DNA of 64,000 bases from Negativicutes bacterium (GCA_963665275.2 CAXXIN010000017.1:96001-160000), one strand, 5' to 3'; counted from the first letter of the stretch, positions 1-9,648 are shown. Numbers and translations: made by a program. Notes: generated from the sequence alone by a model not told the origin.

Positions 1-288
1 CCGCAAACATCGCCCCTCAAGAATCTCGCCCCTTACAATGACTCCTCTATTCTTTCCAACCGCAACCGCTTCGTCTATCATCCTCTGGTCATCCCGGCGA
101 ATTTCTTCAAGCGCCACCAGAACGCTGGCTCCTGGTTCAGCCGTATCATATAAACTGCTTTCTCCAAAAACCTTTACAGCCAAAACTTCCGCTCCTGAAA
201 GAAGGCTTAAATCAATGGCCCAGTTCAGTGCTTTTTTGCTGTGGCCCGACCCATCATATGCGACCAGGATTTTCTTCAATAGCTGCAT
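1..288 (-). CDS. Universal stress protein (UspA family), runs off the left edge of the window
   Basis: Not in the ORF track. Manual translation from ATG 288 gives MQLLKKILVAYDGSGHSKKALNWAIDL..., with the UspA KILVAYDGS motif. SD GGGGAGG upstream. Confidence 0.85.
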   Translation of the reverse strand, partial: MQLLKKILVAYDGSGHSKKALNWAIDLSLLSGAEVLAVKVFGESSLYDTAEPGASVLVALEEIRRDDQRMIDEAVAVGKNRGVIVRGEILEGRCLR

Positions 289-334
289 TTTTCAAGATCC
301 TCCCCTGTGCTAATTTGGGGCTTCGCTTTCGGTA

Positions 335-1105
335 TTAGCGTTTGTACAGAGGGGTCAACGCATCGATTTCTATAAAATCCATTTGCGCTGAATGTTTCTC
401 AGACAGATGAAGAACAGCAACACAGCAAATCCGCTGAGAACCGTCACATTGACCCCCAAATCCCATTATTCCGGTGTGCGTTAACGCTCCGTTCAGCATA
501 TCCACGCCATAGGTAAGCGGCAGGCAATAAGACAACGGACGCAAATAAGCTGGCAAAATGGCAATTGGAATGAACAGGCCGCACAAAAATAGCATCGGGA
601 AGCGAAAAAAGTTGGAAAAGGTTTGCGCTTCAAAAATTTCTTTAGCTGAAATTGCGATAAACAAACCAAGCAACGTAGATGTAATGGCAATGAACAACAC
701 GCCAATCAAAACAGTGCCCCAGTGAACGCCGGACAAATCAATAAAAAATGCGGCAAAAACCGCCGGCACAAATGCGTTGAGAATGCCAAACAGCATGGAA
801 CCCACAGTTTTGGCCAACACCATAGCATTCAGGCTTATGGGAGCAAGCAACAACCGCTCGAAAGAGCGCCCACGCCGTTCAAAAGTGATGGTTACCGCCA
901 GCATGGAGGTCGTCCCGAACAGAACGCTCATAGCCATGAGTCCGGGAAGGATCTCGATGATTTCCACCGACTCTTTGGATCGAATCAACAACATCAGGGT
1001 CCACGCGAGTGGAAAGATGATCCCCCAGCTGATGTTAGGCGGTTTCAGGTAGTAGTTTTGAATGTCTTTCTGAATAATGCTCCAAAAGGCCACCCATGTT
1101 TTCAT
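335..1105 (-). CDS. ABC-2 type transporter permease; C-terminus probably frameshifted (natural stop likely at 370)
   Basis: ABC-2 pattern (ERRGRSFERLLLAPI, PLTY) with multiple TM segments. Removing one G from the G5 run at 453-457 restores a hydrophobic last helix GFGVNVTVLSGFAVLLFFICLRNIQRKWIL*. Confidence 0.85.
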   Translation of the reverse strand: MKTWVAFWSIIQKDIQNYYLKPPNISWGIIFPLAWTLMLLIRSKESVEIIEILPGLMAMSVLFGTTSMLAVTITFERRGRSFERLLLAPISLNAMVLAKTVGSMLFGILNAFVPAVFAAFFIDLSGVHWGTVLIGVLFIAITSTLLGLFIAISAKEIFEAQTFSNFFRFPMLFLCGLFIPIAILPAYLRPLSYCLPLTYGVDMLNGALTHTGIMGFGGQCDGSQRICCVAVLHLSEKHSAQMDFIEIDALTPLYKR

Positions 1106-2067
1106 TTTTGGGCCCCCTCCTTTTCCTGACCCAGTTTCCCTGCTGCAATGCCCGTTATTTTGACGAACACATCCTCCAACGTCGGCCGCATTTCCGCCGC
1201 CTCATAGACTGTGACGCCCTGGCCGTCGAGATATTGCAGTACCGGTAGAAGATTTACGGGTTCAGCGGAGACAATCAGACAGGACTTCTCTCCCTGGGCT
1301 TCAACCCGGTAAGCGGGAAAAGCCCGTTGAAAAAAGAGCTCCGTCTTCTTCACACTTTCACTCAAAGTCAGTCGGACGATGTGTTTCTGTTCAGCGTTTT
1401 GCATCAGTTCATCCACTGTCCCCGTCTTGACGATCCGTCCGTCGACGATAAAGGCTATCCGGTCACAGAGCCGCTGCGCATCTTCAATGTGGTGGGTAGT
1501 CAAAAAAATCGTTGTTCCCTTTTGTTTCATCTCTAAAATCAGCGCTCTGATCTGTCTGGCGCTCTCCACATCGATGCCGGTGGTCAATTCGTCGATGAAC
1601 AGAATCTTCGGATCATGAATAAGCCCCGCAGCAATAGTCAGCTTGCGGCGCATGCCTTTGGAGTAGGCTTTAAACGGCCGCTTTCCCGCACTTGTTAAGT
1701 TAAACTGCGCCAATAACTCCTGCGCCTTTTTTTCACGCTCGGCCCTTCGCATGCCATATAGCGCTGCGCAAAAGCAAAGATTGTCGAACCCGTTCATGTC
1801 ATCATACAGATTGTTTTCGTCGGCAACAACGCCCATAATACCCTGGGCCTTTTTTATCTCCCGCACCGCGTCAATGCCATCAATGGTGATAGCGCCGCAA
1901 GACGGCCTGGACAGACCGATCAGCATATTGATGGTCGAAGTTTTTCCTGCGCCGTTGGGACCTAAGAAGCCAAAAATTTCCCCTGGCTCGATTTGAAAGC
2001 AAACGTCATTAACTGCTTTAACATCGCCGTAGAATTTACTGAGATTTGCAACGGTGACGATAGACAT
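1102..2067 (-). CDS. ABC transporter ATP-binding protein (multidrug/DrrA-like)
   Basis: Walker A GPNGAGKT, signature YSKGM, Walker B ILFIDE, C-terminal PTLEDVF. ATG 2067 follows GGAAGGGG. Confidence 0.93.
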   Translation of the reverse strand: MSIVTVANLSKFYGDVKAVNDVCFQIEPGEIFGFLGPNGAGKTSTINMLIGLSRPSCGAITIDGIDAVREIKKAQGIMGVVADENNLYDDMNGFDNLCFCAALYGMRRAEREKKAQELLAQFNLTSAGKRPFKAYSKGMRRKLTIAAGLIHDPKILFIDELTTGIDVESARQIRALILEMKQKGTTIFLTTHHIEDAQRLCDRIAFIVDGRIVKTGTVDELMQNAEQKHIVRLTLSESVKKTELFFQRAFPAYRVEAQGEKSCLIVSAEPVNLLPVLQYLDGQGVTVYEAAEMRPTLEDVFVKITGIAAGKLGQEKEGAQK

Positions 2068-2207
2068 TCCAACGTCCCCTTCCTGGCATTTCAAATGAAC
2101 CGATCACAGACTTGCACACATCCGTGAATGACTCCATTGAAAATATTGAATCAGCATTTACGCAAGAATATTAATTAGTAAAATTCGCGAGTGCCAAAAT
2201 ATCTATA

Positions 2208-2251
2208 TTGCTAACTATATTTTACAATGTTATTATTAAGTTGTCACTTAA
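2208..2251 (+). promoter_or_regulatory. sigmaA promoter with overlapping ArsR-type operator
   Basis: -35 TTGCTA (2208-2213), 17 bp, extended -10 TGtTATTAT (-10 at 2231-2236). Inverted repeat TTAAG-ttgtca-CTTAA at 2236-2251. Confidence 0.6.
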
Positions 2252-2271
2252 ATAGTTTCCCGGAGGCGCAT

Positions 2272-2739
2272 ATGGAATTATTCGAAACACTCAAGCTTTT
2301 AGCCGATGAAACTCGTTTTAAGATTATCCAACTGCTATTGTCGCAGGATCTGTGTGTCGGTGCCTTGGCCAAAAGACTGGACATATCCGACGCCGCTGTA
2401 TCGCAGCACCTGCAAATTTTACGCAAAGGAAGCTTATTGAAGGGGGAAAAGCGCGGTTATTGGACACATTACGCCGTCGAAAGAACAGCACTCGAACAGG
2501 TGGCAGAACAACTGAAAGCCTATGCCAATTCACCGGCAATTCGCCAATCCAATTGTCAAAAACTTTCCGTACGTCGAAGTGATATTACAGGGAGGGGTAA
2601 AACCATGTGTAAATGCAACTGTGAACAACCTGACAAACTCAAGGAAACCCCGGAAAAGTGCAGCCAGGAACAAATTAAAGAATGTCATGGCGACCAGAAA
2701 CCGCATCCCTGCGAAGGCGAAAAAAACAAGGACAGCTAG
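2272..2739 (+). CDS. ArsR/SmtB regulator with a Cys/His-rich C-terminal extension
   Basis: LADETRFKII..DLCVGALA..VSQHLQIL wHTH. Tail MCKCNCEQP..EKCSQEQIKECHG..HPC. ATG 2272 after GGAGG. Confidence 0.9.
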   Translation: MELFETLKLLADETRFKIIQLLLSQDLCVGALAKRLDISDAAVSQHLQILRKGSLLKGEKRGYWTHYAVERTALEQVAEQLKAYANSPAIRQSNCQKLSVRRSDITGRGKTMCKCNCEQPDKLKETPEKCSQEQIKECHGDQKPHPCEGEKNKDS

Positions 2740-2750
2740 GAGACGTCAAC

Positions 2751-3230
2751 GTGGATATTTTGTTCTTTTATGGGCTGGCAATAGCCGGAGTACTTTGGTC
2801 CTATACGAAGGACCGTCAAAAAACCAAACAGTCGCTAAAAAAAGCCTGGAAATCATTTGAAACCATCTTGCCGGCCTTCGCACTGATTCTACTACTCATC
2901 GGCGCTTCCATGGCCGCTGTGTCCCCTTCATCTGTCACCCGTCTGCTCGGTTCAGGCTCCGGAGCGTATGGCATGCTGATCGCCGCCGCAATCGGTTCGA
3001 TCACGCTAATACCGGGATTCATCGCTTTTCCGCTCGCCAAGGCTGTTCTGGATATGGGAGCTGGCATTATGCAGGTGGCTGTATTCATTTCAACTCTGAT
3101 GATGGTCGGTGTGGTGACAGCGCCGATGGAGATTCAGTTTTTTAGCCGCAAAACCATGCTCCTGCGAAACGGGTTAAGCCTGCTGTTTTCCTTTTTGGTT
3201 GCTTTTGTCATCGGAAAGGTGGTGGGCTGA
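2751..3230 (+). CDS. Permease, ArsP/DUF318-like (half 1 of a split pair)
   Basis: Hydrophobic; IGSITLIPGFIAFPLA and RNGLS motifs. GTG 2751 after AGGAG. Confidence 0.8.
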   Translation: MDILFFYGLAIAGVLWSYTKDRQKTKQSLKKAWKSFETILPAFALILLLIGASMAAVSPSSVTRLLGSGSGAYGMLIAAAIGSITLIPGFIAFPLAKAVLDMGAGIMQVAVFISTLMMVGVVTAPMEIQFFSRKTMLLRNGLSLLFSFLVAFVIGKVVG

Positions 3231-3231
3231 A

Positions 3232-3762
3232 ATGGTGCAATTTATCCGATATAAATGGGTGTTGCTGGCTTTGTTGGCAGATATCGGTCTCTATCTCTGG
3301 AACCCTTCGCTCGGTCAGCAGATTGCCGTGCACACCGGACAAATCTTTTTGGAAATGCTCAGTTTTATCCCGCCAATTTTTGTGCTGCTTGGCCTTCTGG
3401 ACACTTGGGTACCACGCGAGCAGGTAATGAAACATCTTGGCGCTAACTCCGGGCTGAGGGGAATCACCCTCGCCACCTTTCTGGGCGCAGCTGCCGCCGG
3501 TCCCCTGTACGGTGCTTTCCCTGTGTCGGCGGTGATGATGAAGAAGGGCGCAAGTTTTTTCAATGTCATGATCTTTCTTGGAGCCTGGGCGACCCTGAAA
3601 ATCCCCATGTTCCTATTTGAAACTCAGTTCTTGGGATTATTGTTTTCAGTGACCCGCTGGATTTGCAGCTTGGTGGGTGTTGTGCTCATTGCTCTGGCTA
3701 TTGACCATCTGCAGTCTGGAGCGGAAAAACTAGCAATCTCAGCCAAATATCGACAACCCTGA
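3232..3762 (+). CDS. Permease, ArsP/DUF318-like (half 2 of a split pair)
   Basis: GLLDTWVPRE, GPLYGAFP and KIPMFLFE motifs; hydrophobic. Confidence 0.8.
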   Translation: MVQFIRYKWVLLALLADIGLYLWNPSLGQQIAVHTGQIFLEMLSFIPPIFVLLGLLDTWVPREQVMKHLGANSGLRGITLATFLGAAAAGPLYGAFPVSAVMMKKGASFFNVMIFLGAWATLKIPMFLFETQFLGLLFSVTRWICSLVGVVLIALAIDHLQSGAEKLAISAKYRQP

Positions 3763-3786
3763 CGCAAAAACCATCTGAAACTATGG

Positions 3787-3808
3787 AAGGACGCCGCAAG
3801 GCGTCCTT
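3787..3808 (+). terminator. Rho-independent terminator
   Basis: AAGGACGCC-gcaa-GGCGTCCTT hairpin after the permease pair. Confidence 0.75.
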
Positions 3809-3890
3809 ATTTGACTTTCAAACCAATTATCTTCATTGCCACACCTGCCCATATTCCAACGCACGTGTTTTCCTTCTTCCCACTGCACTC

Positions 3891-3945
3891 TTTCACACTT
3901 TCGTTACAGTTGCTTCACAGCATTGTTACAAGTTTACTCTATCAT
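3891..3945 (+). promoter_or_regulatory. OmpR/PhoB-type direct-repeat activator box plus -10
   Basis: TTCACA/GTTACA hexamers at 3892, 3903, 3914 and 3925 (exact 11-bp period), then TATCAT at 3940-3945. No canonical -35. Confidence 0.7.
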
Positions 3946-3980
3946 GAAAACAGGAAAGATTGAGTTGGAGATGGGTGAAC

Positions 3981-4901
3981 ATGAAGGCAATCAGAATGGT
4001 CTGTGTAATTTCAGCCACCGCGCTGCTGATCGGGTTGCCCCTAACGGGTCTAGCCGGGACAAGAACGATTGTTAACATTAAATCTATAGACGAAACGATT
4101 GTGACGAAAACAGCTGCAACCTTTCCGGCGGCAAAAGAGCCACAAAGAGCCGCCTGCTCTTTGGCAACCCAGTTCATCGGCTCGGCCGGTATCTATGCCA
4201 AGAATTTAAAAACCGGCCAGGTGGTGTCCTACAATGAAAATCAGGTGTTTGCCGCGGCCTCTACCATCAAAGTGCCCGTATCCGTCGTTGTTTACAACCA
4301 CTTCTACAAGGACGCCGAAGAATCCCAACGGCACATGTATGACGTCGGAGTGGAACTGATGATGACGATCAGCGACAATGACTATTTCGCCGATTTTTTG
4401 GACGAAATCGAAGAAAAGATGGGTTCAGATGCCATCCGCCAAAACTTTGCCAAGATCGGACTCACGCAAACCACCATTCGCGACGCGCAGTCCAGGCAAA
4501 CTTATGGCTACTCCAACACCACCACCGCAAAAGACATGGCGCTGTTTTTTGAACAGTTGTATGCAGGAAAGCTCTTGCCGCCCGATAAAACTAAATTCAT
4601 GACAGACGCGTTGTCCCATACTATTTTCCCGGACGAACTGGCCCGTTACATGCAGGACCGCCACGTACTCCACAAAATTGGCGAACTGGACAATGTGCTG
4701 GCTGATGTCGGCATCGTTGAAGGCCCGAACGGCCCGATCCTCATTAGCATCTTTACGGAAACAGAACTGGACTCCGACTACGCCAGCGATCAGATCGCTG
4801 CCTTGTCCGCCTGCATCTACAGCCGCCTGACCGGAGAAACAACCGCCTGGCAAGGAAAGCCGACGCCCATATTGGATGGAACTATTGCGTTGGCCCGATA
4901 A
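3981..4901 (+). CDS. Secreted serine hydrolase, class A beta-lactamase/PBP fold
   Basis: Signal peptide. SxxK (AASTIK), SDN and HKIG (KTG-box variant) motifs, plus NTTTAKDM. Confidence 0.85.
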   Translation: MKAIRMVCVISATALLIGLPLTGLAGTRTIVNIKSIDETIVTKTAATFPAAKEPQRAACSLATQFIGSAGIYAKNLKTGQVVSYNENQVFAAASTIKVPVSVVVYNHFYKDAEESQRHMYDVGVELMMTISDNDYFADFLDEIEEKMGSDAIRQNFAKIGLTQTTIRDAQSRQTYGYSNTTTAKDMALFFEQLYAGKLLPPDKTKFMTDALSHTIFPDELARYMQDRHVLHKIGELDNVLADVGIVEGPNGPILISIFTETELDSDYASDQIAALSACIYSRLTGETTAWQGKPTPILDGTIALAR

Positions 4902-4939
4902 TCAGCAATGAATAAAAAAAATTATAGGGAGGGATAACC

Positions 4940-5179
4940 ATGTCAAGGAAAATGAACTATTTAATGCTCTTCTTGATTGCGTTAGTATCATTATTTTCTT
5001 TCGCACCATCGGTTGTGGCCGGACCCGCCGAAGACGAGTTATTCACAGCGCCGAATTCGTATGGCATTCCCACTGACAGCTTCGACGACTTTGTCTCGTA
5101 CGTGTTGCAGCTGTTGACTTCCACTCTGTCGATCGATGCACGATGCGCGCCCTCCGCCGTGTCCATATTTAACCACTGA
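4940..5179 (+). CDS. Small hypothetical exported protein
   Basis: SD AGGGAGGG and a signal-peptide-like N-terminus (..VVA/GP). No family recognised. Confidence 0.55.
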   Translation: MSRKMNYLMLFLIALVSLFSFAPSVVAGPAEDELFTAPNSYGIPTDSFDDFVSYVLQLLTSTLSIDARCAPSAVSIFNH

Positions 5180-5237
5180 CAAACGATAAAATGGTTTCTT
5201 GTTAAGGAGAGGATTCATTATCAAGGAGGATTTAGCA

Positions 5238-5774
5238 GTGTCTAAGGTGAAAGTCTTCTTACTTTTAGTTGTGATTCTTTCACTGCTCATTACAGGCTGC
5301 GATCTGGGCGCTCCGCCGCAAAAGACTCCGATCACAGCTCCTGCCGACTCTCCCCCACAGATTACACCGGCGTCCTCTGCGGAATCTGCTGATGTCAATG
5401 CTGTGGTTCAATCTGTCGTCCAAGCTTTTCTGTCCAACGATTTCACCGCTGCGCAAAAAGTCATGCTGCTGCTCCCCGCCGAACAGGCAGATCCCAAAAC
5501 GCAGCGCATGTTCGCGGACTTTTCGCTCCACCTGAACAAACGTCTGGCTCTTGAAGCGAAAGATGCAGGCGTGAAGACTCCCGTCACTTCCATATCTGTA
5601 TCCAATCTCCGAGCCGCAGAAACAGGAGTCATGTTGGCCGATGTATCCATCCGGGCTGCAGAGGAACTGGAGGCGTTGACCTTGACGGTTAAGGCGACCC
5701 AGATGTCCGGCGTCTGGCTGGTGGATTTTGCCCCATTTATGCTGGCGCTGATGGATGCGCTGGGCGAAGAATAG
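5238..5774 (+). CDS. Hypothetical lipoprotein
   Basis: GTG after AAGGAGGA; lipobox LITG-C; Pro-rich linker. Confidence 0.75.
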   Translation: MSKVKVFLLLVVILSLLITGCDLGAPPQKTPITAPADSPPQITPASSAESADVNAVVQSVVQAFLSNDFTAAQKVMLLLPAEQADPKTQRMFADFSLHLNKRLALEAKDAGVKTPVTSISVSNLRAAETGVMLADVSIRAAEELEALTLTVKATQMSGVWLVDFAPFMLALMDALGEE

Positions 5775-5796
5775 GAACGAAGAAGATGAGGCAGGG

Positions 5797-6981
5797 ATGG
5801 ATATGCGTTTAGACTGGGTAAAAAACAGAAAAAAATCATGGATGATTGGAGCCTCTGTTCTGCTGCTATTGGTTGTTGGCTGGTTTCTTTATGCCAAAGG
5901 GCCACTGGGGCCGACCAGGGTCACCGTAGCAAACGTGCAAAAGCAATCCTTCAAAGCTGGAGTCTTCGGCATTGGGACCGTTGATGCCCGACTGACCTAC
6001 GCCATCGGCCCCACACAGGCCGGTCGCGTTCTCAAAGTATTCGCCGATCAGGGAGACAAAGTGGCTGCCGGTAAAGTTCTGGGCGAGATGGACCCGGTGG
6101 ATCTGGAGCAAAAAATATCCAGTGCCGCCGCTTCTGTGGCCAAATCGCAAAGTGCGCTCCTGGTTTCGGAAGCCTTGGTCCGGGATGCAGCCAGCCGGAA
6201 CAAGCTGGCCCAGGCAAGCGCCGATCGATATAATGCGCTGTTTAAAGCCAATGCTATCAGCCAGGAAACAGTTGATGTGAAAAATAATGAAGCCAATACC
6301 ACGCGGGCATCGCACGAATCTGCCCTGGCTTTGCTGGAATCGGCCCGAGGTGAAATATCGCGGGCCACTGCTGAATATGCCGCCCTCATCAGTCAGCGCA
6401 ACAACCTGCAGCTCATCAGCCCCGTTGACGGCCTCGTCGTCTCCCGCGACGCCGAACCAGGCGCCACCGTGGTAGCCGGCCAGTCGGTTTTTCGTCTGGT
6501 TGATCCCAGCACTGTCTGGATACGGACTCGCGTCGATCAGGCCCGCTTCCATGGAATCTCTGTGGGACAACCTGCCGCCATCGTTCTGAGATCCCGCCCG
6601 GACAAAATATTGCCCGGCAAAGTTGCCCGGTTGGAAGTCCAGGCCGACAGCGTCACTGAAGAGCGCTTTGTTGACGTCGTGTTCAATGAAGCCCCCGGGG
6701 CTCTTCCCCTCGGCGAACTGGCGGAAGTGACCATCGACTTTCCAGTGATTCCTGACGCCATCGTAGTACCGGCGGCGGCATTGAAGAAGCAGGGAAAGCA
6801 AAATGGCGTCTGGATGGTAGATGGCGGTCGCCTGCGTTTTCAACCGGTAGATATTGGAGCACAGTCACTTGATGGAAAAATCCAGATACTCAAGGGCCTG
6901 AGTCCTGAAGACACTGTGGTAGTCTACAGCCAGCAACTGCTCAGCGAAGGTCTGAAAGTCCGAGCCGAGAAAAAGCCATGA
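5797..6981 (+). CDS. MacA-like efflux periplasmic adaptor (membrane fusion protein)
   Basis: N-terminal TM, lipoyl-like halves (GRVLKVFADQGDKV, LISPVDGLVV) and a helical hairpin. Confidence 0.9.
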   Translation: MDMRLDWVKNRKKSWMIGASVLLLLVVGWFLYAKGPLGPTRVTVANVQKQSFKAGVFGIGTVDARLTYAIGPTQAGRVLKVFADQGDKVAAGKVLGEMDPVDLEQKISSAAASVAKSQSALLVSEALVRDAASRNKLAQASADRYNALFKANAISQETVDVKNNEANTTRASHESALALLESARGEISRATAEYAALISQRNNLQLISPVDGLVVSRDAEPGATVVAGQSVFRLVDPSTVWIRTRVDQARFHGISVGQPAAIVLRSRPDKILPGKVARLEVQADSVTEERFVDVVFNEAPGALPLGELAEVTIDFPVIPDAIVVPAAALKKQGKQNGVWMVDGGRLRFQPVDIGAQSLDGKIQILKGLSPEDTVVVYSQQLLSEGLKVRAEKKP

Positions 6982-8171
6982 TCAACCTGGCTTTTAAGGA
7001 AATCTCCTACAGTTGGGTTCGTTATGTTCTGACCGCTGCAGGTTTGGGTCTGCTGATCGGAGTTACCCTGACAATGACCGGACTGGTACGCGGCATGATG
7101 GACGATGCTGTCGCCCTGATTCGCGGCACGCATGCTGATCTGTGGGTGGTGCAGGATGACACCATGGGGCCCTATGCGGAATCGTCCACCCTCTACGACG
7201 ATGTATCCCGCAACATTGCGGGGCTGCCAGGAGTGGCGGAAGCGAGTAACGTCGCCTATCTGACAGTTCAAGTCCGCCACGCCAGCAAAGATATTCGGGC
7301 TCAGGTGGCAGGTTTTGAAATTAACAAACCCGGCGAGCCTCCCTATTTGGTTGCGGGGCGACCTATTGCCCAAGCCCGTTACGAAGCCATAGCCGATACC
7401 AAGACCGGATTTCGCATTGGCGATAAAATCGGCATTCGCCGTACCGAGCTTACCGTAGTCGGCCTGACCACAGGAATGGTATCCTCCGGCGGCGACCCCG
7501 TGGTATTCGTCACCATGAAAGATGCGCAGGATATTCAGTTTCAAAAGGACAACACCACCATCTACAACGAACGTAATCGCCTGAGCGCCAACCCCAAACT
7601 GAACAGACCGGGGTCGCCCGGCTTACTTCAGGCGGTTACCGAATCCCAGCAATCCAACCAAAAGGTCAACGCCGTCCTCGTTCGCCTCAGTCCTGGTTTT
7701 GAACCGGATACGGTGGCGGAAACGATAAGGCGTTGGAAGCATTTTGAGGTATATACCTATGAGCAAATGCGGCAAATACTTCAGGAACGGGTCATCATTA
7801 ATGCACTACGGCAACTGGGGATGTTCATGGTAATCCTCGCCATCGTCAGCACCGCCATCATTGCACTCATCATCTATAACATGACAATGGGTAAAATCAG
7901 GGAAATCGCTGTACTCAAACTCATCGGCGCCAAAAACCAAACCATTATTTCCATGATATTGCAGCAAGCCTGGGGGCTCGGTGTAATCGGTTACATTGTC
8001 GGCAATGCGACAGCTGCAACCTTGGCACCGTTATTCCCCAAGCGGGTCGAATTATTGGCTTTTGACAGCTTCATCGCCTTCCTCATCATATTGCTGATTT
8101 GCTCGTTGGCCAGCCTGGTGGCGATCCGCGCCGCATTGAAAGTCCAACCGGCGTCAGCGATAGGAGGATAA
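6978..8171 (+). CDS. MacB/FtsX-type ABC transporter permease
   Basis: 1+3 TM topology, ADLWV and REIAVLKLIGA motifs; ATGA overlap with the upstream gene. Confidence 0.9.
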   Translation: MINLAFKEISYSWVRYVLTAAGLGLLIGVTLTMTGLVRGMMDDAVALIRGTHADLWVVQDDTMGPYAESSTLYDDVSRNIAGLPGVAEASNVAYLTVQVRHASKDIRAQVAGFEINKPGEPPYLVAGRPIAQARYEAIADTKTGFRIGDKIGIRRTELTVVGLTTGMVSSGGDPVVFVTMKDAQDIQFQKDNTTIYNERNRLSANPKLNRPGSPGLLQAVTESQQSNQKVNAVLVRLSPGFEPDTVAETIRRWKHFEVYTYEQMRQILQERVIINALRQLGMFMVILAIVSTAIIALIIYNMTMGKIREIAVLKLIGAKNQTIISMILQQAWGLGVIGYIVGNATAATLAPLFPKRVELLAFDSFIAFLIILLICSLASLVAIRAALKVQPASAIGG

Positions 8172-8172
8172 C

Positions 8173-8880
8173 ATGGAAGCCATTCGGATGACCAATCTGG
8201 TCAAAACCTATGGATCGGGCGCAACAGAAGTCCGTGCTATCAAGAACGTATCCCTCTACGTCAACCCTGGCGAAGTAGTCGGCTTGCTCGGTCCCAGCGG
8301 GTCCGGAAAGACAACCCTGTTGCAATGTCTGGGAGCTGTCATTGATCCGACGGCAGGCCGGATTGAATTGAATGGGGAAACCATCTTTGACGATGGGTGG
8401 AAAATTGACGACCTCCGAGCACTCCGGCGGGATAAGATTGGCTTTGTTTTTCAAGCAGCCTATCTGATTCCTTTTTTATCGGTTCTGGATAATGTAGCAC
8501 TCCTGCCAATGCTCGCCGGAAAGTCGAACGCAGCAGCCCGCAGCCGGGCCATGGAACTGTTGACCATTCTCGAAGTCGAACACCGCTCACACGCCAAACC
8601 TTCCGAGCTATCTGGGGGCGAACAGCAACGCGTTGCGATTGCGAGGGCGATGGCCAACCAACCGCCCTTTATTCTGGCGGATGAGCCAACCGCCCCACTA
8701 GACAGCGAACGCTCTCTGATCGTCATGAAGCTGCTCGCACGATTGGCCCAGCAATATAACACCGCCATCATGGTCGTGACTCATGACGACATCATCATCC
8801 CCCGCTTCAAGCGCCTTTATCGTTTGCGGGACGGAGTAGCCCACGAAGAAAAAGGTCAAGGACTTCCATTTCCCGACTGA
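8173..8880 (+). CDS. ABC transporter ATP-binding protein (MacB/LolD type)
   Basis: GPSGSGKT, IGFVFQ, LSGGEQQRVAIARA, ADEPT and VTHD motifs. Confidence 0.95.
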   Translation: MEAIRMTNLVKTYGSGATEVRAIKNVSLYVNPGEVVGLLGPSGSGKTTLLQCLGAVIDPTAGRIELNGETIFDDGWKIDDLRALRRDKIGFVFQAAYLIPFLSVLDNVALLPMLAGKSNAAARSRAMELLTILEVEHRSHAKPSELSGGEQQRVAIARAMANQPPFILADEPTAPLDSERSLIVMKLLARLAQQYNTAIMVVTHDDIIIPRFKRLYRLRDGVAHEEKGQGLPFPD

Positions 8881-8892
8881 AAACAGTTACGA

Positions 8893-8947
8893 TTTCACAG
8901 ATTCGTTACAAATAAGACACTGTTTCTTAAAACTTACCCTCTATAAT
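8893..8947 (+). promoter_or_regulatory. Second OmpR-type box plus -10
   Basis: TTTCACAgaTTCGTTACA (8893-8910) is 16/18 identical to 3891-3908. TATAAT at 8942-8947. Confidence 0.65.
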
Positions 8948-9015
8948 CAAAAGTAGCAGGACAAGAGTACTGCAAAAACAAAAAGCACATCATATAATAA
9001 AAGGGGGAAGTTCAA

Positions 9016-9648
9016 TTGAAAAAGAAATCACTGTTAATCGCCGGAGTTGCTGCACTAATGCTCTCGATGGCGTCAGTCTCAATGGCAGGGCCGATGGGTG
9101 GCGGCATGGGTATGGGCGGCGGCGGAATGATGGGTCGCGGCGGCATGGGCATGGGCCCTGGCGTCGGGGGACAGACCGCGCCGCTGACCGATCAGCAAAA
9201 AGCTGATTGGAAAGTCTGGCAGGAGAAGAACCTACAACTGCGCAAGGAATACATCGGCAATCTGGTGAAGTCCGGTGCGTTGACCCAGGAGCAGGCCGAT
9301 GCCCGCATCAAGGCCATGGAAGCCGGATTCGCCTTCCGCGCCAAGAACGGTTTCGTCGCCCCTGGTGCTATTGTCGGAGCTAAACTGACAGACGAACAGA
9401 AAGCCGATATGAAAACTCTGTTTGAACAACGTCTGGCGATCCGCAAGGATGCCTTAGCCGCAGCTGTCACAGCCGGCCAGATTACTCAGGTACAGGCTGA
9501 CAACCAATTGAAATTCATGCAGGATCGTTTCAACTACACCATGGAAAACGGCTTCGGCGGACCGGCTGGCGGCCGTGGCATGGGTGCCGGATTCGGTAGA
9601 GGCGGCATGGGCGGAAGTTTCGGTGGTGGCGGCGGTTGCCGGTTCTAA
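9016..9648 (+). CDS. Exported Gly/Met-rich protein with two DUF2680-like repeats
   Basis: Signal peptide (SMA/GP), GMGMGGGGMMG tracts and twice-repeated LTD.QKAD...G.(L/I)TQ.QAD. Confidence 0.75.
   Translation: MKKKSLLIAGVAALMLSMASVSMAGPMGGGMGMGGGGMMGRGGMGMGPGVGGQTAPLTDQQKADWKVWQEKNLQLRKEYIGNLVKSGALTQEQADARIKAMEAGFAFRAKNGFVAPGAIVGAKLTDEQKADMKTLFEQRLAIRKDALAAAVTAGQITQVQADNQLKFMQDRFNYTMENGFGGPAGGRGMGAGFGRGGMGGSFGGGGGCRF

Noticed and set aside
3891-3930. Short periodic repeats as a CRISPR array or iterons
   Set aside because: These are 6-bp units at an 11-bp period next to a -10 box, with no spacers and no cas or rep gene. No CRISPR array, tRNA or rRNA was seen in the window.
5866-6843. Long antisense ORFs (for example 5866-6843, 47243-47971, 51995-52750)
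   Set aside because: They are shadow frames of well-supported genes on the opposite strand and carry no motifs.
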